Under the pieces are notes generated by a model. That model was not told the origin of the DNA, searched no databases, and saw only the letters and a list, made by a program, of their open reading frames with translations. DNA of 64,000 nucleotides from a virus, in IMG/VR virus record IMGVR_UViG_3300025141_000034, positions 32,001-96,000 of that record, one strand, 5' to 3'. Numbering within the stretch: position 1 is the first letter of the stretch; each line of letters starts with the position of its first letter. The position numbers and the translations under genes were made by a program. Shown here piece by piece: positions 1 to 10,800 of this stretch.

Positions 1-1
1 G

Positions 2-148
2 AGTAAGATTCTAGAGAAGCCTGTTTTTTTTGATAGTCTTGAAATTAGACAGGTTATTAAAGATATAAAGGGCTCAAGAGATGCCGTCCTACATGTTGCA
101 AATATTCTCGGATCCATTGATGAAAAATCAGCAGAGACTGAAAAATAA
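2..148 (+). CDS. partial hypothetical protein (C-terminal end)
   Basis: Open frame from the window edge: SKILEKPVFFDSLEIRQVIKDIKGSRDAVLHVANILGSIDEKSAETEK, TAA at 146-148, followed by the SD of the next gene. Confidence 0.65.
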   Translation, partial: SKILEKPVFFDSLEIRQVIKDIKGSRDAVLHVANILGSIDEKSAETEK

Positions 149-165
149 CCTTCTGGAGTGTGGTA

Positions 166-909
166 ATGAGAAATGGAAAAAAGAAGTTTATAAAAATAAG
201 AAGGCGTAGGGGGAAGGGAAAGCGTAATCTATATTTTCATATGGGAACGCATAATGCAATAGTAAAATTTCAAAGTCTGGAATGTCTTAAGGAAAAAGAG
301 AAGCTATATATTTCTGAAATCTTTCCTGCTTTTGATAAATTAGTTGAAAATTTAATCTTTATTCACGGATTTCAATCAACTCACGGATCGTTTGAAGATC
401 TAAAAAATGACTGTGTTGTCTTTCTCTATGAGACTTTAAATAAGTTTGACCATACAAGAGGAACAAAGGCATTTTCTTACTTTAATGTTGTTGCAAAGAA
501 TTGGCTTATAATAAAGAGCAAGCAAAGATCAAAGCAAATTAGGAGACAGCTCAGCCTAGATGATCCTCTTTCAATCAGTAGAAGAGACATGACTGCAATT
601 GAAAGCTATAAGGTGATTCCCTCTCAAGACACAGAAATGATCAAAAAAGAGTCTATCGAAAGCCTATTCGCACTTATGAAGGAGATAAAGAAAAAGCTCT
701 CAGGAGAGAATGAAATTGCGTGTATAAACGCTATCATCGCCCTTTTTGAAAAAATTGACGACATTGACCTTCTCAATAAAAGGGCGATATTCGTGTATCT
801 TAGAGATATATCAAGTCTTAATCCAAAGCAGCTGTCAATAGCAATGTCATCAATAAGAAAGCACTATAAATCACTGGTGAAACAGGACGAGTTCGATATA
901 TTCTTTTAA
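166..909 (+). CDS. phage sigma-factor-like protein (putative late sigma)
   Basis: Region-2-like segment (EDLKNDCVVFLYETLNKFDHTRGTKAFSYFNVVAKNWL) resembles the sigma70/T4 gp55 'KFD...F.SY' motif. GGAG at 155-158 favours the ATG at 166. Confidence 0.7.
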   Translation: MRNGKKKFIKIRRRRGKGKRNLYFHMGTHNAIVKFQSLECLKEKEKLYISEIFPAFDKLVENLIFIHGFQSTHGSFEDLKNDCVVFLYETLNKFDHTRGTKAFSYFNVVAKNWLIIKSKQRSKQIRRQLSLDDPLSISRRDMTAIESYKVIPSQDTEMIKKESIESLFALMKEIKKKLSGENEIACINAIIALFEKIDDIDLLNKRAIFVYLRDISSLNPKQLSIAMSSIRKHYKSLVKQDEFDIFF

Positions 910-919
910 GGGGGCACAA

Positions 920-1285
920 ATGTCAAAAAAAATATCAGATCTTCAAAAGAGAATCGATAAGAAAAATAAGAAGATAGACGATTTTGGAGATATCCTAGAT
1001 GCAATAGAAAGCTCAGAGGATAAGAAAAAGCTGCTATGGAAGGAAATATATGAGAATGCTCTCAATGATAGAGAGAATGCTGGAATCCTATTCATGGATC
1101 TCATGACTCAGTCCCAGGGAAATGCAGGAAATCACACGACATTTGGACCAATTATGGCAAAGTATCTCGAGAGAATGTCAAAGTCAAATGATCAAATTTT
1201 AAGGCTTGCAGAGATAATTGACAAGGCAGACAGGTCCTCTGACGTGATAAACCCTGATGATATCTTTAATGAAATAGGCGGATAA
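920..1285 (+). CDS. hypothetical helical protein
   Basis: 121-aa ORF with a purine-rich SD (GGGGG), tightly packed between its neighbours. Confidence 0.75.
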   Translation: MSKKISDLQKRIDKKNKKIDDFGDILDAIESSEDKKKLLWKEIYENALNDRENAGILFMDLMTQSQGNAGNHTTFGPIMAKYLERMSKSNDQILRLAEIIDKADRSSDVINPDDIFNEIGG

Positions 1286-1287
1286 AG

Positions 1288-2649
1288 ATGTCATATGATG
1301 CTTCAAATCCCTATGGAAATAATTCTGATAGGAGCGCAGGCAGGATATTTTATACCGTTGTTGTTGCTGACTTTATCACAAATCCGGCAAGCATTTCAAA
1401 ATCTAGACTAAAAAGCCTAAGAGCACAGAGCCTTGCACAAGGCGTGTCTAATAGTGACTTTGTTACGAGAATGCCTAGAAATAGCATTTTAGGGTATAAG
1501 GTTAGCGATGGTGAAGGAGATATGGGTCAGCTTGAGATATTTTATCCATTCTTCTCTCCCCACCTGTGTCTTCCAGTTAAACCCGGAGAGCAGGTCTGGG
1601 TAATGTATGAGACAATTAACGGTGATGAGTCGCTTGGCTACTGGATGACCAGGAAGTGTGTAGATCTTCAGGTCGACGATATAAACTACACCCACGCTGA
1701 TAGGATGAACACATATAGGAATAAGAGAGAGACCGACGGTACGACGTCAGACCTCACTGATCCCATCATGCCTGATTTTCCAAATGGTGATACTTTATCG
1801 TCTGAGGGAAGAACGCTTAAGCATAGGGGCGGATATAAGAGAATTCTTCAAAATTCAATAGCACTTGGAAGGGAGGGAAGAAACCAATTCATTGGTGAGC
1901 CAGTCCCAAGAATTAGCAAGGATCCTGGTGATACTGTCCTACAAGGGTCAAATAACACAAGTATAGTTCTTGGTACTGAGGTCAATCCTGCTGGGTCAAA
2001 TACAAATAGAATTTTTCCAAAAAGCACCTCAGATACAAACCAGGGTGCAATTGATATATGCGCTGGGCGCGGACAGACATCAAAGACAGCAACAGCATTT
2101 ACCACAAAAGGTGTTGAGAATGAAAGGGGGTACAGGGAGGCTTCAAAGTATCCAGCTAGAGAGTTTAAAGATAAGGGTGAGAATATAGCTGAGGGATTTC
2201 CAGACTTTACAAATGATCTCTCAAGAATCTACCTGTCAATGAAGACCAGCGCAGATGAGAAATTCTCAATCAACATAGATGGGATAGATCAGACAGAGGG
2301 CGGTCAGCCCGCAATAGTTCTTAAGACTACACAGCTCAGGCTCGTCGCTCACGAGGATCTCAAGATCGTCATCGGTGAGGAGGGTGTGGGCTCAGCAGTC
2401 GTTCTCAAGTCTGACGGAAATATCGTTTTCGTCCCCGGCCCTAGCGGAATCATCAAGCTTGGCGGAGAGGACGCAGATAAGGCAATACTGACAACAACAC
2501 CTCAGTTTACTACAGACCTGGGAGGATCTGTGACACCGTCCACACCTGTCCAGACACCCTCGGGAGGCGTTCTTGGCTTTCCTGAAGAGACAACAGAGGC
2601 CATAGCAGTTCACTTTAGCACGTTTGCAAGTAAGATACTGGTGAAGTAA
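1288..2649 (+). CDS. baseplate central spike, gp5/VgrG-like
   Basis: N-terminal OB-fold-type motif LPVKPGEQVWVM...GYW and beta-helix-like segments (GDTVLQGSNNTSIVLG, SAVVLKSDGNIVFVP). Lies upstream of gp25 and gp6. Confidence 0.65.
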   Translation: MSYDASNPYGNNSDRSAGRIFYTVVVADFITNPASISKSRLKSLRAQSLAQGVSNSDFVTRMPRNSILGYKVSDGEGDMGQLEIFYPFFSPHLCLPVKPGEQVWVMYETINGDESLGYWMTRKCVDLQVDDINYTHADRMNTYRNKRETDGTTSDLTDPIMPDFPNGDTLSSEGRTLKHRGGYKRILQNSIALGREGRNQFIGEPVPRISKDPGDTVLQGSNNTSIVLGTEVNPAGSNTNRIFPKSTSDTNQGAIDICAGRGQTSKTATAFTTKGVENERGYREASKYPAREFKDKGENIAEGFPDFTNDLSRIYLSMKTSADEKFSINIDGIDQTEGGQPAIVLKTTQLRLVAHEDLKIVIGEEGVGSAVVLKSDGNIVFVPGPSGIIKLGGEDADKAILTTTPQFTTDLGGSVTPSTPVQTPSGGVLGFPEETTEAIAVHFSTFASKILVK

Positions 2650-3923
2650 TGGCTACAGCTCTCGGTCCGGAAGGCGCCGGTGTCATAGACGAAGACGGTG
2701 TGATTACAGACACCGAGATAGAGAACTTTAAAACTGCTGCATTTGATATCGTTAGAAACGGAATGAGTTCAGAGTTTGCATATATCATTCCTGGTGTTGT
2801 AATAATACCAATAGAAGATGCAATAGGTTTTTCTCTTACACCTAGCCCAGACGTTGCTGACCTTCTTGAGTCACAAAATAGCACTGAGGGAATAGAGTCA
2901 TTTGAGACAACCATTGTAGGTGCTCTAGAGGCAATGGCAAGCACACTCGACATGAATATTGACAATCCAATTGGTAAGAATTTTGGACTCATAGATCCTA
3001 CTGTTGTTATATCTACAGCAATAGCTCAAATAGCTGCATCTATCGAAGGCATCATGGAAAATATAGAGGATGCTGTAGCTGATGCAAAGGATGCACTCGG
3101 TGACTATCTTCAAAACTTTCTGGATGGCCTTAGTGAAGTTTTTGCATTTGAAATGCCGGGCCTTACAGAGATACTTGACAATCTTGTAGAGCTCTTAGGG
3201 TATATCTTCCCACACCCGATACTTCCTGATGGCCACGGTCCAGATATCGAAGGGCTGTTTGGATTCCTTGGAATACCGACCATTTCAGAGATGATGGATA
3301 AGCTCTTTAATAAGATTTACGAGCTCATAGTAAAAATTACTACACTTGATATCGGTGAAGATCTTATCGATGAAATAGTAAATAGATTATTAAACTTTGC
3401 AGAGATCATCATCTCCACGACTCTAGAAAATATTATAGAAGCAGTCACTGAGAAGATCACACAGCTTATTCAGGCAATTGAGATTCCCACAGTATTTCTT
3501 CCACCATGGGTATATACTCTACCAGAGATTACTGGTGATCTGTTTAATATAGATTTATCCTGGAATGAATTTTTCAACCTTGGCTTCTTAGACCCACCGC
3601 CTATAACATTGCAATTATATAACTTGTTTATTGCAATTATGGATTGGTTTAATAATCTATTCACAGGTGACATTGCAGCATTTGTACTTGGTCTTATTGA
3701 TGCCCTATCTAAAGGCGTCGCAGGGGTTGTAGAGTTTATAATTGAGATAGTTGTTGGCTGGATTGCAACTGCGATGGGGCTTGTAGCTGGTGCTGTTTTT
3801 AAAATAGCTGCATCTGTAGCACTGATAAATAGAACAGTTAGATATCTTGCTGTGTGCCTTGTTGGAAAACTAGTAGGTCAAGGATTGATCTTTGATGCTG
3901 TAGCTGCTGAGCTTTTAGGCTAA
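2649..3923 (+). CDS. acidic, hydrophobic helical protein of unknown function, coupled to the spike gene
   Basis: 424-aa ORF overlapping the spike stop (TAATG). Rich in I/L/E/D, with a hydrophobic C-terminal ~110 aa. Confidence 0.75.
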   Translation: MATALGPEGAGVIDEDGVITDTEIENFKTAAFDIVRNGMSSEFAYIIPGVVIIPIEDAIGFSLTPSPDVADLLESQNSTEGIESFETTIVGALEAMASTLDMNIDNPIGKNFGLIDPTVVISTAIAQIAASIEGIMENIEDAVADAKDALGDYLQNFLDGLSEVFAFEMPGLTEILDNLVELLGYIFPHPILPDGHGPDIEGLFGFLGIPTISEMMDKLFNKIYELIVKITTLDIGEDLIDEIVNRLLNFAEIIISTTLENIIEAVTEKITQLIQAIEIPTVFLPPWVYTLPEITGDLFNIDLSWNEFFNLGFLDPPPITLQLYNLFIAIMDWFNNLFTGDIAAFVLGLIDALSKGVAGVVEFIIEIVVGWIATAMGLVAGAVFKIAASVALINRTVRYLAVCLVGKLVGQGLIFDAVAAELLG

Positions 3924-3970
3924 TAGTGAAGATAGTGAAGCTTAAGGGGTTTGATTATTTAAATAAGCAT

Positions 3971-3977
3971 ATAATTA
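3971..3977 (+). promoter_or_regulatory. putative late promoter ATANTTA (ATAATTA)
   Basis: The same 7-mer pattern recurs about 16-37 nt upstream of start codons in most intergenic gaps. Confidence 0.55.
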
Positions 3978-3996
3978 GTGGTAGGAGCAATCTAAG

Positions 3997-4470
3997 TTGG
4001 CAAGTAAAAGTTTTAAAAGTGTCGGAGATAAGATCTCTGACAGACAGTTTAATAGGGAGTTTGATCCTCTTCCGTTTGGAATCAAGACACCGCTAAGGTT
4101 TGGAACTGGCAGGTCTGGAATCTTTGACATGCACTATGGTCTCGGTGATCAGATACATGATAATCTAAGAAATCTACTGTTGACAAATCACGGAGAGCGG
4201 CTCGGTCACTATGAGTTCGGTGCAAATTTGAGAGCACTTACGACTGAGCGACTCTCAAATGATAGTTTTGACAATGAGGCAATGATAAGAATTAGAGACG
4301 CTGTTTCTCGCTGGATGCCGTTTATTAACTTGGATTCATTTGATTCATCATTTAAGTCTCCTCCAGATGTAGATTCTATTGCTGAGATTAACATAAGGAT
4401 ATTCTATAGTATTCCCAAGCTTAAGATAGTGAATAAGGGAATCGAGGTTATCTTACATTGTATAGGGTAG
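3997..4470 (+). CDS. gp25: baseplate wedge subunit gp25-like
   Basis: QIHDNLRNLLLTNHGERLGHYEFGANL...IRDAVSRWMPFI is a typical GPW/gp25 motif. TTG start after AGGAG. Confidence 0.85.
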   Translation: MASKSFKSVGDKISDRQFNREFDPLPFGIKTPLRFGTGRSGIFDMHYGLGDQIHDNLRNLLLTNHGERLGHYEFGANLRALTTERLSNDSFDNEAMIRIRDAVSRWMPFINLDSFDSSFKSPPDVDSIAEINIRIFYSIPKLKIVNKGIEVILHCIG

Positions 4471-4474
4471 TGTA

Positions 4475-6307
4475 ATGGCAGTAAAGACAAATCTAAAGAA
4501 AGATCAACTAAGATCTTATCTCAATAAAGATTTTAACAGTTTTAGGGCAGATCTCTTGCTATATGCAAAGACGTTCTTTCCAGATCATATTCAGGATTTT
4601 TCTGAAGCCAGTCTCGGAGGTCTTCTACTTGACATGACAGCGTATGTTGGAGATGTCATGAGTTACTATCTAGATCATCAATTTAATGAGCTTGACATCG
4701 AGACTGCAGTTGAAAGCAAGAATATTGAGAAGCTTCTACGATCAGCGGGTGTTAAGATATCTGGTGCATCTCCCGCCGTCGCTGACGTTGATTTTTACAT
4801 CAGAGTTCCATCAGACTCATCTGACACAACTCTTCCTGTCCATAATTATCTGCCAAAGATCAATGAGGGAACAACACTTCAGTCTACAAACGGAATTACA
4901 TTTACTCTCTATGCTGATCTTGACTTTGCAGCGAAGGACGAAGATGGAAATTATCTATTTCAGCAAATTACACCCTCTGGTGCAGGATCTACACCGTCAA
5001 GTTATATACTAAAGATGTCAGGAAGGTGTGTCTCAGGTGACGTAAGCACTGAAAGATTTTCAATACCAAATGTCTTTATACCATTTAGAAAGATAACGAT
5101 ACCAAGAAGTAATGTGACTGAGGTTGTATACGTGTTTGACAGCGAGGGAAATGAGTACCACGAGGTTGGATCTCTTGTTCAGAATATTGTCTACAAGAGA
5201 GTTTCAAATGTCAGCTCTGACTCGTATGAGGTACCAGAAAACTTAGAGCTACTACCGGCTCCATACAGGTATGTTGCTGAGACTAGTGTGGTTGATGACA
5301 GAACTACTATTTTATTTGGATCGGGTCGAGCAGATTCACTCGATGATGATATCATTCCAGATCCTAGCGAGCTATCATTGCCACTATACGGAAAGAAGTC
5401 AGTTAAGAGATTTTCAATTGATCCAAACAATCTTTTAGAAACACAGAGTCTTGGAATTTCACCTATTAATACGACAATAACTGTGAAATATAGAAGGGGC
5501 GGCGGGCTATCTCACAATGCATCTCCTGGTGAAATAAATGCAGTTAGCACTCTCTTAACCACCTTTAACTCTGCAGTTCCTCCCTCAAGAGTCTCATCGA
5601 TAAGGGCATCAGTTGATGTTTTGAATCCACAGGCTGCTGCTGGAGGTGAGAATCCACTCCCACTTGAGGATTTAAAGCGTCTAATGGTGTCTGCTAGAAA
5701 TACACAGTCTAGAATAGTGACAAGGGATGATTTACTATCACATGTGTACATGATGCCTTCAAACTTTGGTAGAGTATTTAGGGCCGGTGTAAGATCTAAT
5801 CCAGACAATCCTCTCTCAACTAGACTTTATATCGTTAGCAGGACTAAAAGCGGGCTACTCACAACATCGCCTGATTCACTAAAAGATAATCTTTCTATAT
5901 TTTTAAATCAGAATAGACTGATATCAGATGCAATTGACATTCTAGATTCACCAGTTGTCAATATAGGTGTTAAGTATAGCGTAGTAATTAATAATATAGC
6001 AAATAAGAATACAGTGCTCCAGACAATAAATTCTAAGATTAAGAATTACTTTGGTACAGCAAATTTTCAAATAGATCAGCCTATATTTCTTACTGAAATT
6101 CAAAATATTATCATCAATACAAGCGGAGTTATTTCATTTTCTGAATTTGGTGTAATAGCACTAAGCGGAGAGTCGTCAGGTAGAATCTATTCTGATGTTA
6201 TTTTTGATGTTGATAATTCAACATTTAAGGGAATTTTAACACCACCAGACGGAGGTATCTTTGAAATGAGATACCCGACAGATGATATTATCGGTGTTGT
6301 GGAGTAG
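4475..6307 (+). CDS. gp6: baseplate wedge gp6 / baseplate J-like
   Basis: YLNKDFNSFR...DFSEASLGGLLLDMTAYVGDVMSYYLD and AAGGEN...QSRIVTRDD are gp6 hallmarks. Follows gp25. Confidence 0.85.
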   Translation: MAVKTNLKKDQLRSYLNKDFNSFRADLLLYAKTFFPDHIQDFSEASLGGLLLDMTAYVGDVMSYYLDHQFNELDIETAVESKNIEKLLRSAGVKISGASPAVADVDFYIRVPSDSSDTTLPVHNYLPKINEGTTLQSTNGITFTLYADLDFAAKDEDGNYLFQQITPSGAGSTPSSYILKMSGRCVSGDVSTERFSIPNVFIPFRKITIPRSNVTEVVYVFDSEGNEYHEVGSLVQNIVYKRVSNVSSDSYEVPENLELLPAPYRYVAETSVVDDRTTILFGSGRADSLDDDIIPDPSELSLPLYGKKSVKRFSIDPNNLLETQSLGISPINTTITVKYRRGGGLSHNASPGEINAVSTLLTTFNSAVPPSRVSSIRASVDVLNPQAAAGGENPLPLEDLKRLMVSARNTQSRIVTRDDLLSHVYMMPSNFGRVFRAGVRSNPDNPLSTRLYIVSRTKSGLLTTSPDSLKDNLSIFLNQNRLISDAIDILDSPVVNIGVKYSVVINNIANKNTVLQTINSKIKNYFGTANFQIDQPIFLTEIQNIIINTSGVISFSEFGVIALSGESSGRIYSDVIFDVDNSTFKGILTPPDGGIFEMRYPTDDIIGVVE

Positions 6308-6309
6308 AG

Positions 6310-7848
6310 ATGTATAGAATACTTACAGCTAGTAAAGATGCTTATATCACAAATAAGATCATCAATAATGACATAAGGGCAACAGATGCTAATACAGGTC
6401 AAGCTGGAACGCTTGATCTATTTAAGCTTTATGCTGAATCTACATCTGGATCAGATACCTCTCCCACTGAGCTTTCAAGAGTGTTGATAAAGTTTGATCT
6501 AGATCCACTTAGGTCGATCACAGGATCATTTTTAGACTATTCTCACTCCTCGTTTAAGTGCTTTTTAAAGCTAAAAGATGTCTACGGTGGCCAGACAACA
6601 CCCTCTAATTTTAGATTATTAGTTGCTCCGCTATCTAAGTCATTTGATGAAGGTGTGGGAAGGGATATAATTTCATTTTCCGACCTTGACTCTTGCAATT
6701 TTGTCACGTCCTCTGTATCCGGTGAGACTCCAGCGACATGGACACTTACGGGATCAAATAAGGAGGGTGTTCTTGGAAGCGATGATCTTGACATCATTAC
6801 AAGTGGCAATCTTCATGATGGTAACGGTGTTACCTTCTTATGGAAAGATCAGCTATTTGAAACCGGAGATGAAGATCTTAATATTGATATAACCACCATC
6901 GTATCCGGCGTCTTGGCTGGACAGATTCCAGATCACGGGTTGAGAATCTCATATTCAGGAACACAGGAGACAGATGAGAAGACTAGGTTTGTTAAGCGGT
7001 TCGGATCTAGACACGCAACTACTTTTGAAAATAGACCTAGCATAGTCATTCACTATAACGACAGGCAGGAGGATCATCACAAGAGCTTCTTCTTTAATCT
7101 CACGGGATCTATATTTTTAAATAACTTTCACAGAAGCCAGCCTGCCAATATGCTATCAGGATCAACTGCAACTGCCGTAAAGGGAGATAATTGTGTAGTT
7201 GTTCGTGTTGTATCTGGATCAAATTCTCAAGGAACCTATTTTTCAAAATCAATAACAGGATCTCAGCACAAGATAGGAGACAGTTATATAACTGGTGTAT
7301 ACTCTGCTACTTTTGCCATATCTGAATTTGCATCAGGGACATTGAGAGATGAGGTAATTAATGCAGCTTCAGCATCTTTTGATGTCTTCTGGGGCTCAAC
7401 TGATTACACACTTGGATATCACACCGGTTCTCTTGTGATTAACAACGTCAGGAGAACAAGCTTTGATAACTCTCCAGATAAGCTATTTTTAAATGTGACA
7501 AATTTAAAGTCTAACTATAGATCATTTGAAAAGGTAAGATTGAGGGTATTTGTGGAAAATCTAGGAAAAGAGGTTGTCTTTAAAAAGGCACCGCTTGAGT
7601 CATCAAGTGAGATATTTACTCAGATGTACTATAGGGTGAGAGATGCATTTAATGGAAAAATTGTTGTTCCATTTGACAAGGCATACAAGTCGACACTTCT
7701 CTCAACTGACTCTGATGGAATGTTTTTTGACTTCTACATGGATACTCTGTCATCAGGTAGGGTATACATCTTTGACTTTCTAATAAAGGATTTCGGAGCT
7801 GATAGGGTCTTTACCAATGTGGGAAATAAATTTCGTGTGGATGAATAA
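6310..7848 (+). CDS. baseplate/virion structural protein (N-terminus resembles DNRLRE-type beta domain)
   Basis: DAYI...ANTG...SRVLIKFD...PLSKSFDEGVG pattern; position inside the baseplate operon; rich in [ST]GS. Confidence 0.6.
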   Translation: MYRILTASKDAYITNKIINNDIRATDANTGQAGTLDLFKLYAESTSGSDTSPTELSRVLIKFDLDPLRSITGSFLDYSHSSFKCFLKLKDVYGGQTTPSNFRLLVAPLSKSFDEGVGRDIISFSDLDSCNFVTSSVSGETPATWTLTGSNKEGVLGSDDLDIITSGNLHDGNGVTFLWKDQLFETGDEDLNIDITTIVSGVLAGQIPDHGLRISYSGTQETDEKTRFVKRFGSRHATTFENRPSIVIHYNDRQEDHHKSFFFNLTGSIFLNNFHRSQPANMLSGSTATAVKGDNCVVVRVVSGSNSQGTYFSKSITGSQHKIGDSYITGVYSATFAISEFASGTLRDEVINAASASFDVFWGSTDYTLGYHTGSLVINNVRRTSFDNSPDKLFLNVTNLKSNYRSFEKVRLRVFVENLGKEVVFKKAPLESSSEIFTQMYYRVRDAFNGKIVVPFDKAYKSTLLSTDSDGMFFDFYMDTLSSGRVYIFDFLIKDFGADRVFTNVGNKFRVDE

Positions 7849-10800
7849 TGTCAAAAGAAGATCGTGTACTTGTTCAAAATAAGCCCAAGCTATTTAAACC
7901 TGCTACAATTAGAGGAATTAAAAAAGGGCCGGGAAGAACCAGAGAGACAAGTCTCTCAGATCTAAAAGATACAAACATAGAGAGTACGTCGTCATTTAGG
8001 TATGATCAGCCTGGTGATGGAATAAAGTCAACACAGCAGCTTGACATAGACTGGAGTGACTTTGAGAATCACACATTCTTTAACTCAGCAGTCTCAAAGG
8101 TAAATGTCGCATTTGATAGAATAATCAATGACTTTCCCTTCGATGGAACGAGAAGGAATATTGAGGCGTACACAGACTCTCTAACGGGATATGAGAAGTA
8201 CATTCTAGACATATTCCCTAGGAATGTAGGATATCTAAATTTTTTGGGAAGTAGCACAGCAGGTCTCGACCAGGGAATCTTTATAAAGGTCAGAGATCAG
8301 GCAGGAAGTCTATTTCCACAGTTTTCAAGTCTCAATACCGGAGAGAACGTCTTAGATCCAAGCACAGGGTCGTTCTCAATTGAGATGCAGCTTCTTTGTG
8401 CAGCAGCCACAAATAATGAGCAGGTCATATGTCAGCGTCTAGTGTCAGATAGCTATGGATTTGGATTACTCCTGTCTGGATCATCTTCAACAACAGAGGC
8501 ACGAATTCTTTTCTCTGTAATGTCTGGATCAAGCACCCAAATAGCATCTGGAACAATTGACAAAGGATCATTTCAACACGTATGCGCTGTGTGTGATAGA
8601 ACAGATGGAGTCAATAAGCTTAGGCTATATTCAAATGAAAAGTTCATTGGTGAGTCAGATGGTCAAGTAGAGATAGGTGACGTGGGATTTACAGCTGATC
8701 ACTACTTTACAATCGGATCAGGATCAATACAGCACCTAAGCGGAACTGATAGCGGATCCGAGACACCCGCTTCGAAATACACTCCTTTGGAAACATTTTC
8801 AGGTTCTATGGATGAGTTTAGATTCTTTAATTCTGTTAGAGCACTTGACGATCAAAAGCGGTATGCTAAGAAGACAATCTACTCATCTCACGATCTTAGG
8901 CTGTACTTTAAGTTTAACGAGCCAAGCGGATCTACAGGCGTCAATGATGTTGTCTTAGACAGCTCTGGTAAGTCACTACACGCTAGGGTGACAAACTACC
9001 TTGATGCTGGTTCCGGAATAGCTCTGAGAAGCTCTAGCTCCTTCTATGGATCAGAAATTAAGTCTCCCATGGTTGATGAGGATATTAACCTCGCACCTGT
9101 GCTATTTCCAAAATTTGAAAGAGTCACTGAGTTAAATACGAAACTTTTAACAACTGCAAGCCTGTACGATAATGAGAATCCAAATCTCATAACGAAGCTA
9201 ATTCCACAACACTACCTCGAGGACGGTCAGTACTTTCAAGGGCTTTCGTCAATAGACGGAGGAATAGGTGGGCACTACTCTGGATCATCCATTCCGGGAA
9301 CAGGCGACCTGGGCTCAGCACAGCTTCTTTCTGCCCTTCTATTCATATACGCAAAACAGTTTGATGAGATCAAGCTATTCATCGATGAATTCTCAAATAT
9401 CATTCACGTCGACTACGATGCCTCAAACTCTGTCTCAGATCCATTTCTTCAATTTGCTGGAAAGTATCTCGGAATAGAGCTTCCTAGAATCTTTAACAAT
9501 GCAAGCATCATTCAAGGTGTAGATGGAGAGAATCTAGGCTTGGATCAGGCAAAGGCTGCTAACTCACTAAACTATGTTCAGAACTTGATTTGGAGAAGAA
9601 TTCTGACAAATATGGGTGAAATTACAAGGTCGAGAGGAACTAAGCACAGCGTCAAGGCGCTTATCAGATCAATTGGAATTGAACCAGATAACATCTTAAG
9701 AATTAGGGAGTTTGGTGGCCCCTCTACAAAGACGCTTAGAAATTTACGCGTCAACAGATCAGAGGTCTCAACCATGCTAGACTTCTCTGGATCACTTGGA
9801 GTTCCTTCCCAGGGCTGGACAGCTTCTAATCTCAACTATCAGGGATTTTCAACTGGCTCATCACAATCACCTAGAATAATGTCACCCTATCTAAGCGCAA
9901 GTAGATTTGAGGTGGGATTTCCAACACCGATCGGAACCTTTGTAAGTAAGCACATAGACTACACCACGACAGTGCTCACTGGGTCAGTTAATTTTTCAGA
10001 TGGTAAGTTTAATCCCATATGGAATCACAGCGTTCACGGACACTCAAATAATAATAATGATGGTCTTTTTACATCTGGCTCCTGGTCCTATGAGGCAATA
10101 TACCAGATTCCAAAGCTTACAACAGGCTCTCACTTCTTAACTCAAAGCCTCGCTAGAATGCATGTTACAGGAGCATCATCACCTTGTGATAAGCATGGTG
10201 TTATTTTTAATTTAATTGCGTACTCTGGTTCAAGAAGAATTGACTTATTTGGAAGACCGGGATGGGCTCAAAATCTAGTTTCATCACCTGAGATGAGACT
10301 TATCTTAACAGGTCCTGATATTTTTGATGGAAATCTCTGGAATGTTTGCTTCGGAAGGTTTAGATCTGATGACCCAACCTCAGGGAGCGGAGTTCACGGT
10401 AGCTCCTCTTTTTATCTACGTTGCTCTAGAAATAATTACGGAGAGCTCAAGGAGTATTTTACCACAGCTAGCCTGTTTAAGGGTGAACGTGATTCAGCTA
10501 GCATCTATCAGGGCGGGCTACAACAGAGAGTCTTATCGTCCTATAACGAGCTAGGATCGTTTATTGTAATCGGCTCTCAGAGCATTGATAGATCAACCAG
10601 GCTTTTAAACGACGTTACTAGACTACCAGATGATGAGTGGTCTGCCGCTAGGTACACACAATTTTCAGGAAGAGTAGGTCACATTAGATTCTGGTCAAAA
10701 GCAGTGACGAATACTGAGTTCGAGGAGCACACTAGAAACTTTAAGTCGCTAGGAGTTGACAATCCAAAGATTAACTTTAACTTTGATAGAACAACAACAG

